Shown here one piece after another: positions 51,556 through 62,375 of a stretch of 64,000 bases of DNA. The notes beneath the pieces were generated by a model. That model was not told the DNA's origin and made no database searches. It saw only the letters and a program-made list of their open reading frames with translations. The position numbers were made by a program, and so were the translations under genes. Source of the DNA: an uncultured Gemmatimonadales bacterium (GTDB lineage: Bacteria > Gemmatimonadota > Gemmatimonadetes > Gemmatimonadales > GWC2-71-9); contig CAWJIM010000021.1 in the NCBI GenBank assembly GCA_963842945.1, positions 308,853 through 372,852 of the forward strand, written 5' to 3'. Position 1 is the stretch's first letter. Each line of letters opens with the position of its first letter.

Positions 51556-52401
51556 ATGAGCGGTGAAGACCTGAGAGCCACGGTTCGCGAGCGCTATGCG
51601 AAGGCGGCCCGGGAGGTGGCAGAGGGAGCCAAGACCTCCTGCTGCTCCACCACCTGCTGCGGCGGGAGCGCCGGCGATCCGATCACCTCGAACCTGTATC
51701 AGGACGCCGATACCGCCGTTCTGCCGGAGAAAGCCGTGCTGGCCTCACTCGGCTGCGGCAATCCCACCGCGCTGGCCGAGCTCAGTCCCGGCGAGGTGGT
51801 GCTCGACCTCGGGTCCGGCGGCGGCATCGACGTCCTGCTTTCCGCCCGGCGGGTGGGTCCCACCGGCAAGGCCTACGGCCTGGACATGACCGACGACATG
51901 CTGGCGTTGGCGAGGGAGAACCAGCGGGCCGCCGGTCTGGAGAACGTGGAATTCCTCAAGGGTGAGATCGAGGCGATTCCGCTTCCCGACAGCTCGGTGG
52001 ACGTGATCATCTCCAACTGCGTGATCAACCTTTCGGCCGACAAGGCCAAGGCGCTGCGCGAGGCGTTCCGGGTGCTCAAGCCGGGCGGCCGCTTTGCCGT
52101 GTCCGATGTGGTCGTCCGGGGTCAGGTGCCGGCGGAGGTGCGCCGCAGCATGGAGCTGTGGGTCGGTTGCGTGGCCGGGGCCCTGAGCGAAGAGGACTAT
52201 ACCCGACTGCTTCGGGAGGCCGGCTTCGAGGAAATCGGAATCGAGCCTACCCGGGTCTACCAGTTCGAGGACGCCAAAGCCTTCCTGGCCGGCAGCGGAC
52301 TCGAAACGGACGAGTTCGCCCGTGAGGTGGACGGCCGGGTGATGGGCGCTTTCGTCCGCGCCACGAAGCCACGAGAGAACGGAGGAGCCAATGGAGACTG
52401 A
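51556..52401 (+). CDS. arsM: Arsenite S-adenosylmethionine methyltransferase
   Basis: [34 protein letters not shown]. Confidence 0.95.
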   Translation: MSGEDLRATVRERYAKAAREVAEGAKTSCCSTTCCGGSAGDPITSNLYQDADTAVLPEKAVLASLGCGNPTALAELSPGEVVLDLGSGGGIDVLLSARRVGPTGKAYGLDMTDDMLALARENQRAAGLENVEFLKGEIEAIPLPDSSVDVIISNCVINLSADKAKALREAFRVLKPGGRFAVSDVVVRGQVPAEVRRSMELWVGCVAGALSEEDYTRLLREAGFEEIGIEPTRVYQFEDAKAFLAGSGLETDEFAREVDGRVMGAFVRATKPRENGGANGD

Positions 52402-52852
52402 GCTCAAGAACGGGCAGTGCGTGGAGCTTCGCACCGCGAGCGCCCCTGATCTCGAAGCGGTGTTCTCCCTGCTCGACCGGTCCGGTCTGCCCACGGCCGG
52501 GGTAGCCGACAACTTTTCGCAGTTCCTGGTGGCCGAGGCCGATGGAAGGCTGGTCGGAGTGGTCGGACTCGAGCTCTATGGGGAGTCGGCGCTGCTCCGT
52601 TCGGCCGCGGTGGAGGAGAGCTGGAGAGGAAGCGGGGTGGGACGGGTGCTGGTGGAACGGGCGCTGGACCTGGCGCGCGAGCGCGGGATCGAGGACGTGT
52701 ATCTGCTCACCACCACCGCCGAGAACTATTTCCCCAAGTTCGGGTTCGTCTGCGTGCGCCGGGATGAGGTGGCGCAGGGCGTACGATCTTCCGTGGAGTT
52801 CCAGACCGCCTGCCCCGCGTCAGCGACGGTAATGTGCAAGCACGTCAACTGA
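52391..52852 (+). CDS. arsN2: Arsenic-resistance GNAT N-acetyltransferase (ArsN2-like)
   Basis: ALLRSAAV, RGSGVG, YLLTTTA, SVEFQTACPASA. Confidence 0.85.
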   Translation: METELKNGQCVELRTASAPDLEAVFSLLDRSGLPTAGVADNFSQFLVAEADGRLVGVVGLELYGESALLRSAAVEESWRGSGVGRVLVERALDLARERGIEDVYLLTTTAENYFPKFGFVCVRRDEVAQGVRSSVEFQTACPASATVMCKHVN

Positions 52853-52905
52853 GATCGCGGAACGAAGGTGGGAGGCCTGACGACTAGCGACTGGTGACTA
52901 GTGAC

Positions 52906-53286
52906 TCAAGCACTGACCGCCTGCATCTGCCGCACGCAGGCCAACAGCTGCTCCGGCTCAAACGGCTTGGTCAGGACGGGGCCGGGAAGCACCGTAGCAT
53001 CGAGCTCGTTCACGTAGCCGGTCACAAAGAGAATCGGGACTTTGATCGCCAGCGCCAGCATGTGAGCGGCCAGCTCGTAGCCATCCATCCGCGGCATCCT
53101 GATGTCGCTGACCACCAGGTCTACCGGCCGGCCCTGGAGCAACACGCTGAGGGCCTGAAATCCCTCGTCCGCTTCGCAGACCTGATAGCCCGCGCCCTCC
53201 AACACCTGCCGCATCAGCAGGCGCATTCCGTCCTCATCCTCCACCACCAGAACCGTCAGCGAGCGGACCGGGACGGACGCCACCAT
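52906..53286 (-). CDS. Single-domain response regulator
   Basis: VLVVEDE, VVSDIRMPRMDG, FVTGY, LTKPF. Confidence 0.85.
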   Translation of the reverse strand: MVASVPVRSLTVLVVEDEDGMRLLMRQVLEGAGYQVCEADEGFQALSVLLQGRPVDLVVSDIRMPRMDGYELAAHMLALAIKVPILFVTGYVNELDATVLPGPVLTKPFEPEQLLACVRQMQAVSA

Positions 53287-53463
53287 GGGACCTCTTCTAC
53301 ATAGAGAAATTGAAGGACCGGAGAAACTACTGCCCGGCAATCCTTCCCGGAAGAAGCGTTGCTGGCGGCAACGTCGAGCCGGAATTGTGTGATCCAGATC
53401 ACCACTGAATCGCCGAATTCGGGTCACCTTAGGCGCCGCACAACTTTCACATGGTGGTGTCTC

Positions 53464-53733
53464 GTGGGACCACTTCGCCGTACTCGATTGGACCCGAAGT
53501 TCGGGTCGCTCTACCCGGAAATTCCTGCCGGTCACTGGATCCCGGCCTGGCAAGCCGCGACCCGGAGGGCGGAGCGGCTTTGGCGAGAAGCCGGCCCCGA
53601 CGCCCTGCTGGAGCGACGCATCCTTCCCGAAGAGCACTTCCAGTTCCGAGGGGGACGATCCAGGGGCGCAAGCTGGTACGTAACTCCCGAGCGGCTGTCG
53701 GACCCCACCCCAGCCGAGATCGGGCCGGCCTAG
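53464..53733 (+). CDS. Small hypothetical protein (RxxRLxP..LYP..HFxFRG family)
   Basis: RRTRLDPKFGSLYPEIPAGHW...RILPEEHFQFRGG; paralogs at 60740 and 62376. Confidence 0.65.
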   Translation: MGPLRRTRLDPKFGSLYPEIPAGHWIPAWQAATRRAERLWREAGPDALLERRILPEEHFQFRGGRSRGASWYVTPERLSDPTPAEIGPA

Positions 53734-53835
53734 TCCAAACTTCAAGTCGGCTCCTTCCACAACTCGGGACGTTCTTGCCGTCCCCGAGTGCGGGCCGTAC
53801 TATAGCCGCACCTCTCTCCCCGAATCGAATTCGCG

Positions 53836-55230
53836 ATGCGCCCATTGTCGTGCGCAGGCCTCATCTCGCCGGCAGTTGTACTCCTCAGCGGCTGCGCAGC
53901 AGCCACTACCGGAACGTCGGGAGTCAGTGATTCGCTCAGCGCGCTCCGGCCCCAATACCCGTCCACCTACGTGCGACACCCGTCGGCGCCCGTCGTTATC
54001 CGCAACGCTACCATCCTCACCGCCTCCGGTCCCGAGCTCAAGAACGCCTCGATTGTGTTTCAGGATGGAAAGATCACGGCGGTGGGGCCTGAGGTAACTC
54101 CGCCCGGCGACGCCACCGTGGTTGACGGGAGCGGGAAGTACGTCACCCCCGGCATCATCGACGCGCACAGCCACCTTGGGGTCTACGCGGCGCCCGGCAG
54201 CGAGAGCCAGAGCGACGGCAACGAGGCCACTGACCCGAACACGGCCCAGGTCTGGGCCGAGCACTCGTTCTGGCCTCAGGACCCGCAGATCCCGCTGGCC
54301 GTGGCCGGAGGCATCACCGTAATTCAGGTGCTGCCCGGCTCGGCCAATCTGATCGGCGGACGGTCGGCCATCCTGCGATTGATTCCGGCGCGCACGGTGC
54401 AGGAGATGAAGTATCCGGGCGCTCCCTACGGCGTGAAGATGGCGTGCGGGGAAAATCCCAAGCGGGTGTACCAGGAGAAAGGTCCCTCCACCCGGATGGG
54501 CAATATGGCGGGATACCGGGCCGCGTTCGCCAAGGCGGAGAAGTACCGGCGCGAGTGGGATGCCTGGCTGGACAAGAAGGAGGGAAACCCGCCCGATCGC
54601 GACCTCCAGCTGGAGACCCTGGCCGACGTGCTCCGGGGCAAGGCCTTCGTGCAGAACCACTGCTACCGGGCCGACGAGATGGCGCAGATGCTGGATCTGG
54701 CCCGGGAATTCGGCTTCCACATCCGCGCCTTCCACCACGCGGTCGAGGCCTACAAGATCGCCGACCTGCTGGCGCGCGACAGCGTGGCCAGCGCGGTCTG
54801 GGCCGACTGGTGGGGCTTCAAGATGGAGTCGCTCGACGGCATCCCCGAGAACGCTGCCCTGCTGCAGCAGGCCGGCGCCCGCGCAATCATCCACTCCGAC
54901 AGCGAAGAAGGAATCCAGCGGCTCAACCAGGAGGCGGCCAAGGCGATGTACGCCGGCCGCAACGCCGGGATCAACATCACCCGGGAGCAGGCGATTCGCT
55001 GGCTCACCGCTAATCCGGCCTGGGCGCTCGGCATCGACAGCACCACGGGAACGCTCGAGCCGGGCAAGGCAGCGGACGTGGTCGTCTGGTCGGGCGATCC
55101 CTTCTCGGTCTACAGCAAGGCCGAGCGGGTGTACAACGATGGCTGGCTGGTGTTCGACCGAAGTGATCCGAAGAACCAGCGGAAGACCGATTTCAATCTC
55201 GGTACGGGCGAGCCTGGGGTGGGACAGTGA
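53836..55230 (+). CDS. Amidohydrolase family lipoprotein
   Basis: LSG-C lipobox; PGIIDAHSH, KMACGENPK, NHCYRADE, HHAVE, IHSDS, GTLEPGKAAD. Confidence 0.9.
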   Translation: MRPLSCAGLISPAVVLLSGCAAATTGTSGVSDSLSALRPQYPSTYVRHPSAPVVIRNATILTASGPELKNASIVFQDGKITAVGPEVTPPGDATVVDGSGKYVTPGIIDAHSHLGVYAAPGSESQSDGNEATDPNTAQVWAEHSFWPQDPQIPLAVAGGITVIQVLPGSANLIGGRSAILRLIPARTVQEMKYPGAPYGVKMACGENPKRVYQEKGPSTRMGNMAGYRAAFAKAEKYRREWDAWLDKKEGNPPDRDLQLETLADVLRGKAFVQNHCYRADEMAQMLDLAREFGFHIRAFHHAVEAYKIADLLARDSVASAVWADWWGFKMESLDGIPENAALLQQAGARAIIHSDSEEGIQRLNQEAAKAMYAGRNAGINITREQAIRWLTANPAWALGIDSTTGTLEPGKAADVVVWSGDPFSVYSKAERVYNDGWLVFDRSDPKNQRKTDFNLGTGEPGVGQ

Positions 55231-56513
55231 GGGGGCGGTCGGGCAGTCGGGCGGTCAGGCGGTCGCTTTCGGCGCTGATGGGTGTTCTGGCGAGCTCGCT
55301 GGCGACTGGCGTCTTGTCGGCCCAGACCATCGCGATAACCGGCGGCACGATCTACCCGGTTTCCGGACCGAAGATCGAGAACGGAACGCTGCTGCTGCGG
55401 GACGGGAAAATCGCTGCCGTGGGTGCTTCGGTGGAAGTCCCTTCCAGCGCCACCCGGATCGATGCCAAGGGCGGCTGGATCACGCCGGGGCTGATTCACG
55501 GCGGCTCAACCCTCGGACTCAAGCTGTTCGATATCGGGGTCCAGATCGAGACCCAGGAGGACACCGCCAGCGGCGACATGAAGCCGTCGTTCAACGTGGC
55601 CGAAGGGCTCGACCCCGCGAGCATGGCAATTCCGGTCGCCCGGCTCGAGGGGGTAACCAGCTCGATCAGCAAGCCGGCGCTGGGCCTGATCCCGGGACAG
55701 GCGGTCCTGATCGATCTGGCGGGAGACCGGATCGAGGACATGGTAGCCCAGTCGCCGGTCGCGATGATGGCCGACCTGGGCCAGGGAGGCAAGGAGGCCG
55801 GCGGCGGGAGCCGGGCCCGGGCGACTCAACGATTGCGGAGGGTTCTGCGGGACGCGCTGGAATACGAGAAGCGGCGGGACGACTTCCGAAAGGGCCAGAT
55901 TCAGCCGCTGGCCGCATCGGCCGAAGACCTGGAAGCGCTGCTGCCGGTGCTCAAAGGAAAGCTGCCGCTGTTCGTGATCGCCAACCGCAGGAGCGACATC
56001 GAGACCGCGCTCCGGATTGCCCAGGAGTTCAATCTCAGGATGGTGATCTGGGGCGGTGCCGAGGGATGGATGGTGGCGCCGGAGCTGGCCCGGGTAAAGG
56101 TGCCGGTGCTGCTGGAGCCGCTCACCGATGTGCCCCGGTTCGACGCGCTCAACGCCCGGCTGGACAACGCGACGCTTCTCTGGAAAGCGGGAGTGAAGGT
56201 CGGGGTGGCGCAACAGGACGCCGCGTTGTTCAGAGATCTGCGTCAGGCGGCGGGGAACGAGGTGCGGAACGGAATGAGCTGGGACGACGCGCTGCGCTCG
56301 ATCACGCTGTCAACGGCCGAGGCCGCGGGCGTTGGCGACCGCTACGGATCGCTCGAGGTGGGGAAGGTGGCAAACGTGGTGGTCTGGACCGGCGATCCCC
56401 TGGAGTTCTCCAGCCGGGTGAATCACCTGTTTATCCGAGGGAAAGAGATCCCGTTGGTGAGCCGGCAAACCGAGCTGCTGAACCGGTACCGGAGCTTGCC
56501 ACCCAGATTTTGA
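55227..56513 (+). CDS. Amidohydrolase-fold secreted protein lacking metal ligands
   Basis: PGLIHGGST instead of DAHxH; GSLEVGKVAN; GTGA-coupled to the upstream paralog. Confidence 0.85.
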   Translation: MRGRSGSRAVRRSLSALMGVLASSLATGVLSAQTIAITGGTIYPVSGPKIENGTLLLRDGKIAAVGASVEVPSSATRIDAKGGWITPGLIHGGSTLGLKLFDIGVQIETQEDTASGDMKPSFNVAEGLDPASMAIPVARLEGVTSSISKPALGLIPGQAVLIDLAGDRIEDMVAQSPVAMMADLGQGGKEAGGGSRARATQRLRRVLRDALEYEKRRDDFRKGQIQPLAASAEDLEALLPVLKGKLPLFVIANRRSDIETALRIAQEFNLRMVIWGGAEGWMVAPELARVKVPVLLEPLTDVPRFDALNARLDNATLLWKAGVKVGVAQQDAALFRDLRQAAGNEVRNGMSWDDALRSITLSTAEAAGVGDRYGSLEVGKVANVVVWTGDPLEFSSRVNHLFIRGKEIPLVSRQTELLNRYRSLPPRF

Positions 56514-56679
56514 AGGTTGGGGACCCCACTTCCGCGCCTGTTGTCCCACCAGCACTTAACCCCGAAGCCATCGTAGCACCTCACCAACCCATAGGAACCG
56601 AGCGGAACGGAGAGGAACCGAAGTACACCCAGCGAACTACCGCCGGTGCTACCGGAGTGAAAGAACAAACAGGGCAACA

Positions 56680-57110
56680 CCGGGCCGCATGTCTTCAAGC
56701 TGTCAGGCTCCTATCGGTTCAACTTCGGGCTTACCGCGGGAACTCAGATCGCGTGGATGAGCGGCACTCCCCGCAACGAAGACGCCCTGGTCTTCTTCGG
56801 TGGCCCACCCATTTTTCTTCGGCCGAGAGGCTCTGCCGGCCGAACCCCAGCCGTGTTCGACGCTGGTCTGCGATTCACCTACGCGCTCCGGCCGTGGGCC
56901 GGGGCATCGCTTAGACCCAGGCTGTATCTGGATCTGTTCCAGCTCGGGAATCGCCGCACGCCCATCGACTTCAACGACTTGCATTTCCTGGAGCTGGACG
57001 CCAATGGCAATCCAACAAACCCGAACCCGGCATACGGGAGACCACAATTATTCCAACCACCCATGAGCGCACGCCTCGGCTTGTCCGTGGATTTCGGCCC
57101 GCCCGACTAA
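56680..57110 (+). pseudogene. C-terminal remnant of an Oar-like TonB-dependent receptor
   Basis: PHVFKLSGSYRF...SGTP...RGSAGRTP...PNPAYG...FQPPMSARLGLSVDF; no 5' portion. Confidence 0.65.
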
Positions 57111-57121
57111 GCACGGTCTTA

Positions 57122-60100
57122 TCAGGGCTCGGCGACCAGCGCTGCCAGATCCGTGCGCACTCGCTCGACTTTGGACCGTAGCCCTGGCTCAGGGTCGGAT
57201 CTGAGCGCAAGGTAGTGCCGGTAGGCCTTGATCCCAGCGGCGGTATCCCCGGTGAGAGCGGAGAGCCGGCCTTCTTCGCGGAGACAGGTCGAGAGATACC
57301 AGGGCTGAAACCCATACGACCGCCGCAGGATTGCCGCCAGGGCGCCTCGCGGGTCGTTTACAGCCTCGCGGAGCCGCGCCACGACCAGGTTCAAGGGCAG
57401 CGCGACCGTCACTTCGGGATCCACCGCTCCGCTCAGTGAGAGCGAGTCCAGTCGATTCAGCAGAAGAGTGGCGTCGGACCGTTTACTGAGCACGGCCAGC
57501 CAGGTCTCGAGCACCGTCGCGCAAACGGCAGCTCGGGATCCAGTGCGGACCGAGTCGTCTGACCCGGCGCCTTCGTGAAATGCGGTCCGAAACCGCCTAA
57601 TGGCTGAACTCGCCCCCGCCGCATCTCCCAGCACGAGCCGCCATTGTTGTTCTGCACAAAGGTCCCGGAGCTGCGCTTCGCGATCTTCCACACTCCGCAC
57701 CGGAAGGGCAGCGGCGTGCCTGTGGAGCTCGCGCACGGCCTGGGCGGCTGCGGCATTGTCACCATCCCAATAGAGCGCATCCAGAACGCGCCACCGAAGA
57801 CGCTCGTGCTCGTTGTCCACCTGCATCCGTTGCGAGCGCGGCCATCGCTTCGCTCGGCCGTCCGCGATTCAGGGCAAGCACATGGGCGAGTATCCAGGCT
57901 CCCGGATGACCAGTCCGAAGGCCGGCTGCGACAGCCAGCTGGGCATCCCTCCAGCCTACGCCCATCTCCTGGCTGGAGTTCGCGATGGTCGATGAGGCTG
58001 CCTCAAAGCCCATCTGAGGGAAACGATCCCGCATGGATCTGATGGCTGCGCTGTCACGGGACGCGGTCGCCCTGACCCAGCGTAGAAACCCCGCCTCGTC
58101 GGTTAGGGAGTCCGCTGTCAATGCGGTGGTGACGAGCCGCCGGACCGTCGCCGTGTCTCCGTCGGTTGCCGCAATCTGCGACGAGGTGGAGAAGCGGCTC
58201 GGCAAAGGTGCGATAGACGGCACTCGCCGAGTCGAGGGCCAGACTCCGCCGAAAGGCCTACTGCCGCGCGTGAGCGCGGGGAGTCCACCCCGAGCTGCGC
58301 TCCGAAATGGAAGATACTCGTCACCCAGCTCATGCCACATCTTCCGGGCTGTCGGGGGCCGCCGCCACCCCCCGCTGCGCGGGCCGCAAGAAACTCGGCG
58401 TCCGGCGTACGGAGCGGGGTAGCGGGGACCGACCCGCGCCAGGAGCAAGGCAGCGGTCGCGCGGGCTTAGCCGAGTCGCGATTTGCCCACGCGAGCGCTG
58501 CCCCGCGGCCCGGGGTCGGTGCCCGGCGGCCAGAGGCCGCCCGCAAGCCACTGGGAGGCGGAGAAGAGGCTCATCGCCGCAAGTGCAAACGTCGAGTCTG
58601 TCTGGATTGCTCTTGAGAACTCCCGCAACGCGGCCGCTCCAGCGACCGAGGCGATAGGCCCTCTGACCGTCGAAGTAGGCACGGAGCGCCGGAAGCGAGG
58701 TGAGTGACGCCAACTCGGTCCGGCCGCCCTCGCCGGCAAGCAACTCCGCTGTCAGGCGGTCGACCAGCACGGGCACGCTATCCGGCGGCCCTTCCACACT
58801 GACGGGGGACGAGTGCTTGCCCACTCGGGATCTGGAGCACGGAGGCCGTGAGCGTAACATGCTCCGGAGTTCCCACGACTCCGCCATCGATCAGCCGGCC
58901 GGCCCCAAGGCGTCGAGCAATACCGACCGCGGCCTCCGGTGTCGGCCTCGTGAGCTGGCCGAGCCGCCGGCGCGGCGCCAGGCGCTGAGCACCGCGCGCG
59001 GATCCGCCGCACGGGGTCCGCCTTCACCCGTGAGCTTGATCGCGAGGAGATCGACCATCCCTTCCCGCAGGTATTGCAGCGCCGGATCCGCCCCGGCGAC
59101 CCGGAAGGGGAGGACGGCGACGACCCGGGCGTCCGCTGGTCCGCCGGACAGCCCATGACGACGCCGGAGCGGTAAACGCACTACCGCCGCACCGATCGCC
59201 GCGACAACCGCCGCCGGCAGCGACAAGGCCCCGTGCGTGACCGGCGTCTCCGCTGAGGCTCGATCGACCGTCTGGCCGTCCAGCGAGGCGCCTGGCTGAA
59301 CTCCGTGGCCGTGGCAAACCGATCGGCAGGCACTTTGGCCAGCACCCGGGTGACGGTCCGCTCGAGGGACTCCGGCACGGTCGGCCGCACGCTTCGGAGG
59401 GACGGGACCGGGTCGAGCGCGTGGCGAGCCATGAACGCCCGAGCGGTCACCCCGGTAAACGGGGGCTGTCCGGCGAGCATCTCGTAGAGGACGCACCCGA
59501 GCGCATAGAGATCGCTTCGCTGATCCAGGTGCGTGCTCCCCGCTGGCTTGTTCGGGGCTCATGTAGGCCGGGGTCCCTAGCGCGAGCCCGGTCTCCGTGA
59601 GCCGCTCCGCACCGGCAGCGTCGACCGCCTTCGCGATGCCGAAGTCGGCCAGGAAGACGCGCCAGCCGGCTGACGTCCCCCGATGCGGAGGGTAGCCTGA
59701 CAAGCAGAATGTTCTCGGGCTTGATGTCACGATGGATGACACCCTGCTCGTGGGCGTAGGCGAGGGCGGCCGCCACTTCGCCCGCGATCCGGAGCGCATC
59801 CTCCACGGGCAGCTGATGCTCCCGCGTCAGCCGGCTCCGCAGCGACTCCCCCTCGACGAACGGCATGGCGTAGTAGAGACCCGGCGCGCCATCGGCCAAC
59901 GCGAAAGTACCGGAGTCGTACAGCGGCAGGATGTTCGGGTGACTCAGGCCGGCGGCGAATCTGATCTCCCGCAGGAATCGATCTGGTCCCAGCGCGTTGG
60001 CGAGCTCCGGGTGCAGCACCTTGAGCGCGACTGGGCGGTCATGCTTGAGGTCGTGGGCAAGATAGACCGTGGCCATACCGCCACGCCCGAGCTCGCGCTC

Positions 60101-60157
60101 GAGCACATAGCGGTCACGGAGGGCTTCAGCTAAGGCGGAGCCCGTCACGTCGGTCAC
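57122..60157 (-). CDS. Ser/Thr kinase with TM and long C-terminal domain; multiply frameshifted, possible pseudogene
   Basis: RELGRGGMATVY, VALKVL, HRDIKPENIL, ADFGIAKA, GTPAYMSPEQ, VAVLPF...LREGMVDLL; split over at least 6 ORFs. Confidence 0.75.
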
Positions 60158-60739
60158 GGTCGGGCCTTGGGAAGGGATGCCTTGAATGTGGCTTCGCGTA
60201 CGCTCGATCGCCAGCAACGGCACGGAACGGTGCTATGTAGGAGAGGCGGTAAGCCGAAATGGACCACTGACATTCTTTAAAGTTGTCTTCCTGGGCAGCG
60301 CTCACCTACCTCCTCTTGGTAGGCCTGCGGGGCCGCGACGGAATCCCGAAGTGCCTCGTAGACCAGACCACGCAAGCCTGCGTGCACGCGCCACCCGACC
60401 TTCACTGCGCGCCGAGGTCTAGATCGTCCTTCAGTATTCCCCGGCTTACTAGAGACCCGAGCCAGTTATCATCATGGCAATTGACCAAGACGATATGCTG
60501 TCGTTGCGTAAGGCCCGTGCTACCGGGGAGAATCAGGCCAATGGCGACTGACACGTTGACGCGCCTTGTAACCTGAGCACCACTGCGGTAACGGACACAT
60601 GGCCGCCGGTAACTGACGCAAGCCGGTACGTAAACGGGGGCGGTCAGGCTCGGCGCTCCCGTGTTTGAGGGAAGTTCGCCCTCACCGGGCGCAGGCGCTC
60701 GGTTTGACAGTCTTTATGCCAATCCCCGATCTGAAGACC

Positions 60740-61066
60740 TCACGGGAGCAGTGTAAGGCCAAAGTACCGAGGCTTCAGTCGCTCTCGTTCCACCAGTTCC
60801 CTGCGCCGTTGAAGACGGCCGGCAAGAACTTTTTCCACTACAACCGCGGCGAGCTCCCATGTATCGGGAAGGAGCCACGGGTACATGTGCCCGTACTCCG
60901 GACGCAGGCGTGCCTCCCGCCATCGAGATACCGACAATCCTTGGTGTTGACCAGGCACTGCGTTTGGAACCTCAACATCCCGGAACTCGAAATGCTTGTC
61001 CGAAAGCACCCGGGGCCGAAGCACCAGCTTGGTGGATCCGACAAGCTCGGGGTTCTTCTCGCTCAC
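60740..61066 (-). CDS. Small hypothetical protein (REARLxPE..YP / HFEFR family), possibly degenerate
   Basis: RVLSDKHFEFRD...REARLRPEYGHMYPWLLPDTW. Confidence 0.5.
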   Translation of the reverse strand: MSEKNPELVGSTKLVLRPRVLSDKHFEFRDVEVPNAVPGQHQGLSVSRWREARLRPEYGHMYPWLLPDTWELAAVVVEKVLAGRLQRRRELVERERLKPRYFGLTLLP

Positions 61067-61144
61067 GGGACCCCTTCTGAGATAGACGATTACGGGGTAT
61101 TTCGCAGTGGGGTGCCGACCAGCGGCCCCCCGCAAATTTGCCGG

Positions 61145-61867
61145 CTAATACGCGACAGCATACCGGGAGAAATGGTCGATATCACCAATGACTTCGGACG
61201 AGTCCTTCGAGTCCACAGACGGAGGCAGCTCCAGAATCCGGAGTCCCCAGCCGATATAGGCCAGGCGCAGGTCGAGGTCGACCGGGACCACGCATTCTTT
61301 ATAGCTCAAAGTCAGCTTGGCTGACTTCGCGAACTGGAGTCCCTCGGGATAGAAGTCCACGTCCACCAGTGAGCTGGTGGGCGCCTCCGCAACGATCAGC
61401 TCCTCTCGAGTCAGCGCCCCTTCGGGATAGACCAACTGGTGCGCACCGATGTGCAGCGTACCTCCATCGGGACCAACGATGGCGGCCTCACCCTCGAATG
61501 GCCGGGGCTTGCAGCGCAGCAGGTCGACATCCAGGAGCGTGCTGGCCTGATCAGTCTTCGACTGTTTCAGCAGCTTCCGATACTCTTTCCAATCGTGTTT
61601 GAACTCCTTCCACTCATCCCGGGCAAGCTCGTACGCACCCTTGCGCAGGTCCTTCTCCTTCTTGATTCGCTCCTTCTGCAGGTTGAGGAGGAGCTTGAGC
61701 TGCTCATGGCGCTGCTCTCTCTCTTCCTTGGTTGCCTCCTGCTCGGCTGTGCTGAAGCTCGGCGACAGGTCCGACGGGTTCGTCGGTGCGCCGGCATCAG
61801 TGCAGGCAATGCTGACGCCGCCCACCAGCACCAGCATAGCCACCACGAGGTGCCGTACGTTGAGCAT
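61145..61867 (-). CDS. Lipoprotein with coiled coil and ZU5-like domain
   Basis: AGGAG RBS, SIA-C lipobox, IVGPDGGTL...YPEGAL...PEGLQF...LTLSY...DHFSRY. Confidence 0.75.
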   Translation of the reverse strand: MLNVRHLVVAMLVLVGGVSIACTDAGAPTNPSDLSPSFSTAEQEATKEEREQRHEQLKLLLNLQKERIKKEKDLRKGAYELARDEWKEFKHDWKEYRKLLKQSKTDQASTLLDVDLLRCKPRPFEGEAAIVGPDGGTLHIGAHQLVYPEGALTREELIVAEAPTSSLVDVDFYPEGLQFAKSAKLTLSYKECVVPVDLDLRLAYIGWGLRILELPPSVDSKDSSEVIGDIDHFSRYAVAY

Positions 61868-61971
61868 CTTCTCCTTTCCCCCCGGATCGATGGATCGACT
61901 TCAAGGCAACAAGAACGCGGTGCATCCAGGGCTCGAGCCGAGGACGCACCGCGCATGTCAGCGCGCTGTGA

Positions 61972-62061
61972 CCACCTTCGGCACCGAGCTATCTCACGGC
62001 CCTCGTGAGACCCCTTGGTTTTGCGGCCCCGGATCGCTCCGGGTGTGCTCTTATCGGGCAG
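61972..62061 (-). ncRNA. GEMM-I riboswitch with A20: candidate 3',3'-cGAMP (c-AMP-GMP) riboswitch
   Basis: CTGCC-CGATAAGAGCACACCCGGA-GCGA-TCCGGGGCCGCAAAACCAAGGGGTCTCACG-agggc-CGTGAGATAGCTCGGTGCCGAA-GGTGG. Confidence 0.85.
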
Positions 62062-62375
62062 TTCAGCATTGTGGACGACTGGTTCTGCGAAGGGTGTGTC
62101 TCTGCAAAGTGCAGGCCTCCAGGCACTTACGGAGGTTTGTTCTGGCTATGCAACCGGGTGCGGTGCGCGCTGGTCCCTATCGCGAACCGACATCAGTGGT
62201 GTCCTCGAATTAGCAATGTCAATAATCTTGACCTCGTAAGCCGATGCAGGTGCACAAAAGGGCATCTCAGACTTCCTGCATCTCGCGAGGATTCGGGTGA
62301 ACCTGCCTGAGCCGCAAAGGGGTGCCGCCAGGCCCTTAACCATCCGGGCCGCCGTACCGACTTGTTCAAATCCTG

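Noticed and set aside
51556..52401. Sec-containing ArsM
   Set aside because: Catalytic positions are ordinary Cys codons and there is no in-frame UGA.
54560..56914. Long alternative-frame and antisense ORFs (784 aa here, 25983..28034 and many others)
   Set aside because: Shadow ORFs of high-GC coding sequence overlapping well-supported genes; Arg/Pro/Gly-rich with no motifs.
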